Source: an uncultured Nocardia sp.
GTDB taxonomy: Bacteria > Actinomycetota > Actinomycetes > Mycobacteriales > Mycobacteriaceae
Direction: 5' to 3'
Assembly (NCBI GenBank): GCA_966435935.1
Contig: CBJNFW010000003.1
Span: forward strand, 24,224 to 88,223
DNA: 64,000 bases
Positions within the stretch are counted from its first letter, which is position 1. Each line of letters starts with the position of its first letter. Below, one piece after another: positions 36,029 through 45,030 of this stretch. The position numbers and the translations under genes are program-made. The notes under the pieces were generated by a model. It was not told the DNA's origin, searched no databases, and was given only the letters and a program-made list of their open reading frames with translations.

Positions 36029-36733
36029 TTACTTCGCCGGAGTAAACGGCGCGTTGATCGTGGTGAAATACTGAATTGCAGCGGCAACCGCCACCGGAGC
36101 GGTCACGAGCAATTGTCCCGCGAGCGTGCCCAGCGCCCCGACCGCGATGATGCCACCGAAGCAACCGATGGCCGCGGCGGGCAGAAACGCGCCGAACAGA
36201 CCGACGATCGCCGCCGCGGCGACGGTCGCGCCGGCGATACCGCCGAGCACACAGCCCACGGCGCCACCGGCCAGACCGCCGACCAGGGTGCCGATGGTGG
36301 CGCCGGCACTGATGGTGCTCGTCAACCGGTTCCACGCGGCAAGCTCACGGTCGTACGGGGTCTTGAACGGCGCGGTGTTCTGATACGGCAGATCCACCGG
36401 CTTGTACACCGCGTGCTGCACGTCGAACCGCGGCGTCAGCGTCGCGGTCCGACCGGCGATATCCGCGGCGATCGGAAAGACGAAATCGTCCACCCGGAAA
36501 GACAATTCGGTTCCGGCCAAGGTCTTGCCGTTGGCTGCCTTGATCTCGAATACCCCGTCGTGCACATCCAGCGATCCGGCATCGGTGGAGATGATCGTCG
36601 AGGTCTTGGTGGTGGTCGCCTTGTAGTCGACCACGCCCTCGGAACCGCCGGACGTGGCCGAAGCCACCCCGCAAGACAATCCCAACGCCGTGACGACCAG
36701 GGTCGCGACAACCGCGGCCTTGTTCATTTTCAT
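36029..36733 (-). CDS. secreted protein with C-terminal glycine-zipper membrane domain, tandem paralogue 2
   Basis: Colinear with 35086-35787. By manual alignment the last ~124 aa differ at only ~15 positions. Shares the upstream motif TTCGATGATGAGGGAA and the same 3' end (TTACTTCGCCGG.GT.AACGGCGCGTTGATCGT). Confidence 0.7.
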   Translation of the reverse strand: MKMNKAAVVATLVVTALGLSCGVASATSGGSEGVVDYKATTTKTSTIISTDAGSLDVHDGVFEIKAANGKTLAGTELSFRVDDFVFPIAADIAGRTATLTPRFDVQHAVYKPVDLPYQNTAPFKTPYDRELAAWNRLTSTISAGATIGTLVGGLAGGAVGCVLGGIAGATVAAAAIVGLFGAFLPAAAIGCFGGIIAVGALGTLAGQLLVTAPVAVAAAIQYFTTINAPFTPAK

Positions 36734-37014
36734 GGTTTTTCCCTCATCATCGAATCGCGACGCCGCGCGGCTGTGGTCACATCCACGACCGGCGTCGCGA
36801 GGAATTCGGCGGAGTTCGCCGAAAAACAGCCGCTCGCAAGCACCGCGAGCGACTCACAGGAAGCCTGGAGATCGGGCTACGGTCCAGCCAGGTTAAGAAA
36901 CACCCAGATTTCAACCGGTGACGCCCAGGCTCGGCCTGGGCAGTATCGGGGTGTTGGATCGCCGACCTACGGCCGTCGACCGCCCGTGCTCCGTCTTGAA
37001 AGGGTTGCGCTCGA

Positions 37015-38166
37015 ATGAGCTTGAATTTCCATTGGTTCCTGCCCACCTACGGTGATTCCCGCAACCTGGTCGCGGGCGGCCACGGCACCTCGATGTCGGG
37101 CGACCGCCCCGCCTCGCTGCGCTACCTCAACCAGATCGCCGGGGCCGCCGAGGAGAACGGCTTCGAGGCCGTGCTCACCCCGACCGGGGCCTGGTGTGAG
37201 GACGCCTGGCTCACCACGGCCATGCTGGTGGAGACGACCGAGACACTGAAATTCCTGGTCGCGTTCCGTCCCGGCGTGGTGAGCCCGACCCTGGCCGCGC
37301 AGATGGCCGGAACCTTCCAGCGTCATTCGCGCGGCCGACTGCTGCTCAACGTCGTCACCGGCGGCGAACCGCACGAACAGCAGGCGTACGGCGACTTCCT
37401 GGACAAGGACCAGCGGTACGAGCGCACCGGAGAATTTCTGCACATCGTGCGCGAACTGTGGGGTGCGCGCGAGCCGGTCAGCTTCGAGGGCAAGCACCTC
37501 CAGATCCGCAACGCCCTGCTCAACAACCACCCGGACCCGATCCCGCCGGTGTTCTTCGGCGGTTCGTCGGCTCCCGCCGGCCCGATCGCCGCCCAGTACG
37601 CGGACACCTATCTGACCTGGGGCGAGCCGCTTTTCGCGGTGAGCAAGAAACTCGAATGGATCCGCCGCCTGGCGGTGGACCACGGCCGCAAGCTCGACTA
37701 CGGCCTGCGCATCCACGTCATCTCGCGGGACACCTCCGAACAGGCCTGGGCCGAGGCCGACCGGCTGCTCGAGGCGGTCGATCCCGCGGATATCGAACGC
37801 GTGCAAGCGAATCTGGCCAAGAGCGAGTCCGAGGGCCAGCGCCGGATGCTCGAATTGCACGGCGGCGCAACCGATCGGCTGGAGATCGCGCCGAATCTAT
37901 GGGCGGGCGTGGGGCTGGTGCGCGGCGGCGCCGGCACCGCGCTGGTCGGATCGCACGAAGAGGTCGCCGAGCGCCTGATCGAATATTCGCGCCTGGGGAT
38001 CACGCAGTTCATCCTCTCGGGTTATCCCCATGTGGAGGAGGCGTACTGGTTCGGCGAGGGCGTTTTGCCGATTCTGGAGCGCCGCGGTCTGTGGAAGCAC
38101 CCCACCCGGCGAGTGCGTCCCGTGGCGACCACCCCGTTCGCCACGGCGGCGGCCAGCAGCAGCTGA
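37015..38166 (+). CDS. ssuD: FMNH2-dependent alkanesulfonate monooxygenase SsuD
   Basis: MSLNFHWFLPTYGDSR...GFEAVLTPTGAWCEDAW...RLLLNVVTGGE...FGGSS...SGYPHVEEAYWFGEGVLP matches the SsuD pattern closely. Confidence 0.9.
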   Translation: MSLNFHWFLPTYGDSRNLVAGGHGTSMSGDRPASLRYLNQIAGAAEENGFEAVLTPTGAWCEDAWLTTAMLVETTETLKFLVAFRPGVVSPTLAAQMAGTFQRHSRGRLLLNVVTGGEPHEQQAYGDFLDKDQRYERTGEFLHIVRELWGAREPVSFEGKHLQIRNALLNNHPDPIPPVFFGGSSAPAGPIAAQYADTYLTWGEPLFAVSKKLEWIRRLAVDHGRKLDYGLRIHVISRDTSEQAWAEADRLLEAVDPADIERVQANLAKSESEGQRRMLELHGGATDRLEIAPNLWAGVGLVRGGAGTALVGSHEEVAERLIEYSRLGITQFILSGYPHVEEAYWFGEGVLPILERRGLWKHPTRRVRPVATTPFATAAASSS

Positions 38167-38188
38167 GTCCCGCGCAGACATCGCAGGC

Positions 38189-38216
38189 GGCGACCGTCCC
38201 ACCCCGGGCGGTCGCC
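38189..38216 (+). terminator. hairpin downstream of ssuD
   Basis: GGCGACCG / CGGTCGCC 8-bp stem with a 12-nt loop, 23 nt after the ssuD stop, followed by GTTGTCGTAT (weak T tract). Confidence 0.4.
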
Positions 38217-38671
38217 GTTGTCGTATCCGCGACGCGCGAGATGGATCGGGTCACGGCACGATACCCCGTATTCGCCGCCGTTCTCAGAATTGGGAACATT
38301 CGAATTCGATTACTCGTCGGTAATGTTTTACAACGGTCCTGAAATATTGTCTGCTCGATCACAAGAATTCTCTTCCGGCGACGATCGAGCATACCGCGGC
38401 GGACCGTCGCCACCGTATGCCGCATCCCGAAAGGCACTGAGACACAATGGTATCAGCAGGTCAACGGCACGCATTCCACGTTCCGAAACATCCGGATTTT
38501 ACTGTGCCCGGAGTCTCCCTGGGATTCGAACCACGTTGTACTCCACAGGAGAACCGGACTACCGTGAACGAGGCAATGGTCGCCGCCGCTCATTGTCATG
38601 AACCACTGAAATGAACACGCACAGCGCCATTCACGAGATGGGATTCCGGAGAAAAACTCCCGATATCAGCG

Positions 38672-39451
38672 GTGCGGAAAACAATGACTGGAACAATGAC
38701 CTCTTCGACACCCTGGCATGTTCACGACGACTCGGAAAACCTCCCCGCGCCGCCGGTCCGGCACACCAGCCTTGTGACACAAAGTATTTCGTCCGCACGA
38801 GCCGACAAGGGCTACGTGGCCGCGGCCATAGCGGCGGCACTCGCCCTGATCCTGATGTTCCAGCCGTGGCTCACCGCATCGGGCCCGAACGGGCGGCTGC
38901 GTTCGGATGCGTTCGGCCGAATAGACGGTGCGACAAGAAGTTTCGACGACTGGTACACGGACGGCTACAGCCAGCCGAGTGTCAGCGGCGTCTGGGCGGT
39001 CCTGGCCACGCTGGCGGCGGTGGTGACCATCAGCGCGGTGCTGATGTACCTGCGAATCCGCACCGACGCGCTGTCCTATCTGGTCCTCGGCTCGTCCCTG
39101 GCCACCGCCATGTTCGTCCTGGCCGACCTGCTCTACCTCAGCGGCAAGGCCCCGGAACTGCGCACGATGGTTCAGGGCGCACACGGATTCGGCGATGGCC
39201 TCGGCAGCCTGCTCGGCCTGTTCCTGGGCGGTGACGGCACCTCCGGGTACGGCACCCACGAAGTCGCCAGCGCGGGCCTGGATCCCGCCGCGATGCTCTG
39301 CGGCGCGGCGGCATTCGGCGGCGCGGTGGCCGCGATCGCCTCGGGCGTTCGCAAGCACACCTGGTACACGATGCGGCTGGTGCGGCAGCGGGTGAAAACC
39401 CTGCCGGCGCATGATGTTCGCGACGAGCGGACGATCATCACCGTCGCCTGA
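38672..39451 (+). CDS. hypothetical integral membrane protein
   Basis: About four predicted TM helices (YVAAAIAAALALILMF, VWAVLATLAAVVTISAVLMYL, LSYLVLGSSLATAMFVLADLLYL, AMLCGAAAFGGAVAAIASGV). Start uncertain (GTG 38672, ATG 38684 or 38696). No family recognised. Confidence 0.55.
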   Translation: MRKTMTGTMTSSTPWHVHDDSENLPAPPVRHTSLVTQSISSARADKGYVAAAIAAALALILMFQPWLTASGPNGRLRSDAFGRIDGATRSFDDWYTDGYSQPSVSGVWAVLATLAAVVTISAVLMYLRIRTDALSYLVLGSSLATAMFVLADLLYLSGKAPELRTMVQGAHGFGDGLGSLLGLFLGGDGTSGYGTHEVASAGLDPAAMLCGAAAFGGAVAAIASGVRKHTWYTMRLVRQRVKTLPAHDVRDERTIITVA

Positions 39452-39629
39452 TTCCGGTACGGTCACCGGCCCGCCCCGACGATCACGAGGCCGCCGGACC
39501 GGATCACGACCTTCGGCAACAACGCGGTCGCCGCGACTCCTCATCGCCAGGACGTTGCGGCGATCGCGTCATCCGGAACTAGCTGTCGGCCAAGAGTTTT
39601 CACATATGCACCGGGCCCGATGACGGAAC

Positions 39630-40208
39630 TCACACCTTCTTCTTCGCGGCGGCCTTCTGTTCCTTCTTGAACGCCCGCACCTCGAGCAACGTCTCCCCGT
39701 CCACGATATCGGCCGCCGAACGCCGCGAGTTCTGCTCCGAATACGCCCCCGCTGCCTTCTCCCACCCGCTCGGCCGCACCCCGAGCTGTTTGCCCAGCAG
39801 CGCGAGGAAGATCCGGGCCTTCTGATCCCCGTACCCCGGCAGATCCTTCAGCCGCCGCAGCACCTCGGCGCCGTCCGGATCGCCGTGCGTCCAGATCCGC
39901 TCGGTCCGCCCGTCGTAGTTCTCGATGACGTATCGAGCCAGCTCCTGCGCGCGCCGCGCCATCGACCGCCCGTACCGGTGAATCGCGGGCGGCGTTGCCG
40001 CCAACTCCTCGAACTCGGCCGGATCCGCCTCGGCGATCTTGCGGATATCGAATCCGCCCATCCGCTCGGCGAGTTTGCGCGGCCCCCGGAACGCGTGTTC
40101 GAGCGGATACTGCTGATCGAGCATCATCCCCAGTAGCAGTGCGAACGGATCCGCCGACAGAAGCCGATCCGCTTCGGGTTCCTGCGCGAGACACAGCTGA
40201 TGGGCCAT
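39630..40208 (-). CDS. HhH-GPD-type base excision DNA repair protein
   Basis: EADRLLSADPFALLLGMMLDQQ...LKDLPGYGDQKARIFLALLGKQLGV helix-hairpin-helix, with a Lys-rich tail. Start at ATG 40208 (MAHQLCLAQEPE). Confidence 0.8.
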   Translation of the reverse strand: MAHQLCLAQEPEADRLLSADPFALLLGMMLDQQYPLEHAFRGPRKLAERMGGFDIRKIAEADPAEFEELAATPPAIHRYGRSMARRAQELARYVIENYDGRTERIWTHGDPDGAEVLRRLKDLPGYGDQKARIFLALLGKQLGVRPSGWEKAAGAYSEQNSRRSAADIVDGETLLEVRAFKKEQKAAAKKKV

Positions 40209-40275
40209 GCGGCCATTATGACGCCTGCCGATTCGAAACCGGCGAGTAGCCGGGTGCGCCGCGTAGGCTCGGCGC

Positions 40276-41166
40276 ATGCCTGACACTCTGGTGACACCCC
40301 CCACAGTGGACAAGGCGCCGAAAGACAGAACGGCAAGTTATATGGCGCCCACACACAGCACCACGAACCCTGCCCGCCGACCGGATCGATTCGACCGCGA
40401 GGGGCATGATCAACTCATCGATGTCCGCGATCTACAGGCCGCCCTGCCCGGTATCGCGCGACTGCGGTCCTGGGCCCACGAGGCCCTGGGCGTGCGACCC
40501 GGCGAAAGCGCGGTCGACATCGGTTCCGGCACCGGATCGGAGGTCCTGACCTTCGCCGACGCGGTCGGCCCGACCGGCCACGCCGTCGGCGTGGAACCCG
40601 ATCCGAATCTGCTGGCCGCCGCCGAACGCAATGCCGCCGAGGCCGGCTCGGCCGCGCGGTTCGTCACCGGCGACGCCTACGGCCTGCCGTTCGGCGCGGG
40701 ATCGTTCGACGCGGCCCTGTGCGAGCGCGTCTTCCAGCATCTGACCGCCCCCACCCGCGCGACCACCGAGATCGCCCGGGTACTGCGGCCCGGCGGCCGG
40801 GTCGTGGTGACCGACAGCGATTGGGGCACCGCCATCGTGCATCCGGGCGACCGGAAGGTGGTGCACGAGGTGATCGAGACGCTGATCAGCAATACCACCA
40901 ATCCGTTCGCCGGGCGTCGCCTGCACGGACAGTTGCAGCAGGCCGGGCTGATCGTCGACGAGGTCGGCTCGTACGCGCTGGTCCAGGACGCCGGAATCGG
41001 CGCGGGCGCGCTCGTCGCACGCATTTCGGCGATGGCGGTGGCGCGCGGCGCGATCACCGAACAGCAGCGTGAGCAGTTGCTCGACGATCTGCGGGCGGGC
41101 GCGGAATCCGGCGACATCCACCTGTCGGTGACCATGTTCGCGGTCCTGGCGCACAAACCCGAATAG
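40276..41166 (+). CDS. class I SAM-dependent methyltransferase
   Basis: Motif I VDIGSGTGSE, post-I GVEPD, LRPGGRVVV. N-terminus uncertain (ATG 40276 or 40342). Confidence 0.8.
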   Translation: MPDTLVTPPTVDKAPKDRTASYMAPTHSTTNPARRPDRFDREGHDQLIDVRDLQAALPGIARLRSWAHEALGVRPGESAVDIGSGTGSEVLTFADAVGPTGHAVGVEPDPNLLAAAERNAAEAGSAARFVTGDAYGLPFGAGSFDAALCERVFQHLTAPTRATTEIARVLRPGGRVVVTDSDWGTAIVHPGDRKVVHEVIETLISNTTNPFAGRRLHGQLQQAGLIVDEVGSYALVQDAGIGAGALVARISAMAVARGAITEQQREQLLDDLRAGAESGDIHLSVTMFAVLAHKPE

Positions 41167-41171
41167 CCGAC

Positions 41172-41199
41172 GTCCGCTGCGGCATACGCCGCAGCGGAC
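41172..41199 (+). terminator. perfect 12-bp hairpin after the methyltransferase gene
   Basis: GTCCGCTGCGGC-ATAC-GCCGCAGCGGAC, 6 nt after the TAG stop. No T tract. Confidence 0.5.
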
Positions 41200-41208
41200 C
41201 TGGAAGAC

Positions 41209-41284
41209 GCTGAGAGCCAATCGAACCCGCCGCAGCTGAGACAATCGAACCCGCCGGAGCGGAGCGAAGGCCAAAGATACAGCT
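41209..41284. repeat. two tandem 22-24-nt repeats plus interspersed-element copy C
   Basis: GCTGAGAGCCAATCGAACCCGCCG (41209-41232) and GCTGAGACAATCGAACCCGCCG (41235-41256). Copy C in minus sense is AGCTGTATCTTTGGCCTTCGCTCCGCTCCGG (41284-41254), abutting the aminotransferase TAG stop. Confidence 0.55.
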
Positions 41285-42574
<1,290 letters not shown>

Positions 42575-42651
42575 TCAACAGCCTTTCCAAGCAGCTTGGG
42601 GATTGGTTCGGACGCGGCCCGCGCCGGTCCAGCCGTCCACGTTACTCGGGT

Positions 42652-42682
42652 GCTGTGTCTTCTGCCTCCGCTTCGCTCCGGC
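42652..42682. repeat. interspersed short element, copy D (plus orientation)
   Basis: GCTGTGTCTTCTGCCTCCGCTTCGCTCCGGC in the divergent intergenic region. Confidence 0.55.
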
Positions 42683-42689
42683 TGTTGTT

Positions 42690-42885
42690 GGCGTCGTCCT
42701 GGGTGGACGAGCCAGGGTGATCATCGGGGGATTCTCGACCCCATCGGCACATGTTCGGGCGGTAAGACGGGCCGTTGACCTGGTGTCGGCGTTGTTCGAG
42801 GTGGGTGGACCGGGTGATCACCGGGGGTATTTCTCGAGGCCGTCGTCGCGTTTCCGAGCGGTTAGCGGGCCGCGTACTCGGCGCG
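42690..42885. repeat. ~98-bp tandem duplication (2 diverged units) carrying GGTGATCA(C/T)C palindromes
   Basis: Unit 1 starts GGCGTCGTCC at 42690, unit 2 starts GGCGTTGTTC at 42788. Conserved cores are CCAGGGTGATCATCGGGGGATTCTCGA (42712-) and CCGGGTGATCACCGGGGGTATTTCTCGA (42810-). GGTGATCACC (42813-42822) is a perfect palindrome. Confidence 0.6.
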
Positions 42886-43140
42886 GCGTGTGGGGACCCC
42901 CGTGAATATAAGGGGACCCCGCGCACCCGGCAGAGCCCGTTGACCCTTGCTGCCTTCCGGCCCTGGGGGAGTTCACAGGATGCGCGCCGCGCGGGATCCG
43001 TCGACCAGTGTAGCCACTCGCCGCGATTCGGCCCGCATTCGCCCCCGCCAAACGCGGGAGACGCGGGAGCGGTGGAGTCGCTACGATCTGTCCGACATTC
43101 CGAGGGGGCTTCGGCTACCGCAACCGGAGGGAAGGAAAAT

Positions 43141-44145
43141 ATGACGGACAACACCCCGCCGCAGGACGAGCCGCCCAACGACTCCAATCAATGGTGGTCC
43201 ACACCGGCCAGCACCGGTTCGAGTACGCCGCTCACCGGCACCGATCCGACCATCCTGGGCGGCAGCCAGGGCTATGGCGCCGCGGGCTACGCCCAGCAGC
43301 CGTACACCCCGCAGCCCTACAACCCGCAGCCCTATGCCCAGTCCGCGTCGCAGCCGACCGCGATCCCGCAGCCGCCCTCGCAGCCGACGCCGCAACCGGT
43401 CGTCCAACCGCAGATGGGCTACACCGGACAGCAGCACCAGCCGCAGTACACCGGTGGCTATCCACAGCAGCCGTCCTTCGCGCCGAGGCCGCCGCAGAAG
43501 AGCAACGCCGCGCTGTGGGTCATCGGCGGCGTGGTGGGCCTGGTGATCGTCATCGGGGTCGTGATCGGCATCGTGGCCGTTGCCGGTGGTGACGACAGCT
43601 CCAACTCGGTACTCGGCAAGAACAAGATCGACGGCGACTACAGCATGGCCAACGTCACCAACGCCTGCAGCCTGGTCGACCTGACGGTGCTGAGCAAATG
43701 GGCGCCGACGGCCAAACCCAACCCGACGCACACCGAGCGCGCACCCGACAGCAGCATCGGCGGCGGCTCGCTGGATTGCGACGGCACCTACGAGGGCGCG
43801 GGCAAATACAGCACCGACAGCTCGCAACTGTCCCTGAACGTGGAGTTCCAGAGCAAATACGGTTCGCCCGACTACAACATGTGGAAGGACACCGACACCA
43901 AGACCACCGGCAGCGGTCGCAGCTCCGGGGACATTAGCGGTATCGGCCAGCAGGCCTACTACGCCATCGAGCAGCGCAACTACTCCAGCTTCAACGTGCT
44001 CAACTACACCTGCGCGACGATGGACTCCAACGTCTCGGTGAAGATCGAGCTGCGCATCGACGCCGACAGCGCCCCCAGCACCGAACAGGCCGGAACCACC
44101 TGCGAGGACCAGCTCAAAAAGGTCCTCACCGGGCTGCACAAATGA
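43141..44145 (+). CDS. single-pass membrane protein with Pro/Gln/Tyr-rich N-terminus and Cys-containing extracytoplasmic domain (possibly DUF3558-like)
   Basis: ATG 43141 is preceded by GGAGGGAAGGAAAAT. ~110-aa PQY-rich tail, TM ALWVIGGVVGLVIVIGVVIGIVAVA, then a domain starting NACSLVDLTVL with 4 Cys. The track start at 42775 is an over-extension. Confidence 0.7.
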   Translation: MTDNTPPQDEPPNDSNQWWSTPASTGSSTPLTGTDPTILGGSQGYGAAGYAQQPYTPQPYNPQPYAQSASQPTAIPQPPSQPTPQPVVQPQMGYTGQQHQPQYTGGYPQQPSFAPRPPQKSNAALWVIGGVVGLVIVIGVVIGIVAVAGGDDSSNSVLGKNKIDGDYSMANVTNACSLVDLTVLSKWAPTAKPNPTHTERAPDSSIGGGSLDCDGTYEGAGKYSTDSSQLSLNVEFQSKYGSPDYNMWKDTDTKTTGSGRSSGDISGIGQQAYYAIEQRNYSSFNVLNYTCATMDSNVSVKIELRIDADSAPSTEQAGTTCEDQLKKVLTGLHK

Positions 44146-44209
44146 TCCCGCACCCCCTCCGACAGGCCGGTTTGGTGCCCGGAGGGGGTCAGCCGGTATA
44201 TTCCTGACC

Positions 44210-44294
44210 GGAGGATTCGCCTAGTGGCCTATGGCGCTCGCCTGGAACGCGGGTTGGGTTAACGCCCTCAGGGGTTCAAATCCCCTATCCTCCG
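44210..44294 (+). tRNA. tRNA-Ser (anticodon GGA)
   Basis: Hand-folded cloverleaf: acceptor GGAGGAT/ATCCTCC, anticodon stem CTCGC/GCGGG with loop CTGGAAC, long variable arm (GGGTTAACGCCC), T arm AGGGG-TTCAAAT-CCCCT, discriminator G, no encoded CCA. Confidence 0.9.
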
Positions 44295-44302
44295 CTGTTG
44301 AC

Positions 44303-44342
44303 AGCCCTGGTCTGAGACTCCGATTCGGTCTCGGCCAGGGCT
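44303..44342. terminator. long hairpin between tRNA-Ser and the convergent TetR gene
   Basis: AGCCCTGGTCTGAGAC / GGTCTCGGCCAGGGCT, ~15 bp with one bulge and a 9-nt loop. Could terminate both convergent transcripts. Confidence 0.55.
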
Positions 44343-44350
44343 TCGTCAAT

Positions 44351-44935
44351 TCAACGGGACGACGGGGTGGATGCCCCGGCCATCGCGAGTACGTCGTGGA
44401 CCAGTCGGTCCGCATAGTCCCGGTCGGCGGCCAGACCGAAGACCACGTGGTGGTACATCGGCGCGATCACGTGATCGAGGATCTGCCGCTCGGTCGGCAC
44501 CCGTTCCCCGCGCGCCCGTGCCCGGTCCAGCATCTGCCCGGCCTGCGTGCGGCGCTGCTCCCAGCACGGGCAGAGGCCCACCTCGTCCCGGGCGGAGATC
44601 ATGGCCCGCAGGTAGCGCGTGCGGCGCGGTTGGGTGATGTCGTCGACCACGATCCCGGCCCACGCCGAGAGGTCACCGCGCAGCGACCCGGTGTCCGGCA
44701 GTTCGTCGCCGTCCTTGGTGAGCGCGGCGACGGCGACCTCCTCCAGCAGCGTGTCCAGGTCACCCCAGCGGCGATAGATGCTGGTCGGATTGACGCCTGC
44801 CCGGGTGGCCAGCAGCGGGATGGTGATGCGGTCCGCCTTGCCCTCGCCCATGAGCTGGCCGACGGCGGTGTAGACGGCGTCCCGGACCTTCGCACTGCGC
44901 CCGCCCGGCCGCCGGGCTGGTGTGGTGGCCGACAT
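44351..44935 (-). CDS. TetR/AcrR family transcriptional regulator
   Basis: HTH VRDAVYTAVGQLMGEGKADRITIPLLATRAGVNPTSIYRRWGD. Divergent from the MFS gene. Confidence 0.85.
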   Translation of the reverse strand: MSATTPARRPGGRSAKVRDAVYTAVGQLMGEGKADRITIPLLATRAGVNPTSIYRRWGDLDTLLEEVAVAALTKDGDELPDTGSLRGDLSAWAGIVVDDITQPRRTRYLRAMISARDEVGLCPCWEQRRTQAGQMLDRARARGERVPTERQILDHVIAPMYHHVVFGLAADRDYADRLVHDVLAMAGASTPSSR

Positions 44936-44988
44936 GCGGCCATTATTGCAGAGGCCTTTGTTTTAAGGGTCGCCCCGTGTACCGTCAG

Positions 44989-45012
44989 CTAAAGCAATAA
45001 CCTTTGCTTTAG
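44989..45012. promoter_or_regulatory. candidate TetR operator
   Basis: Perfect 9-bp arms CTAAAGCAA-TAACCT-TTGCTTTAG in the 95-bp TetR/MFS divergent region, 19 nt upstream of the MFS ATG. Confidence 0.5.
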
Positions 45013-45030
45013 TCGACGTGGGGGTTCTCC

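Noticed and set aside
42603-42905. 100-codon ORF spanning the 98-bp tandem duplication, and the recurring peptide EAEAEDTA in spurious ORFs over element copies A and D.
   Set aside because: The repetition at peptide level simply mirrors the DNA repeats. The ORFs have TTG or weak starts, no RBS and Arg/Gly-rich composition, so I treat the DNA/RNA element as the functional unit.
44171-44202. Promoter for tRNA-Ser (TATATT at 44197-44202, 7 nt before the mature 5' end).
   Set aside because: There is a plausible -10 box but no convincing -35 at 16-18 nt spacing (TTGGTG is 19 nt away). The support is too weak to list as a feature.
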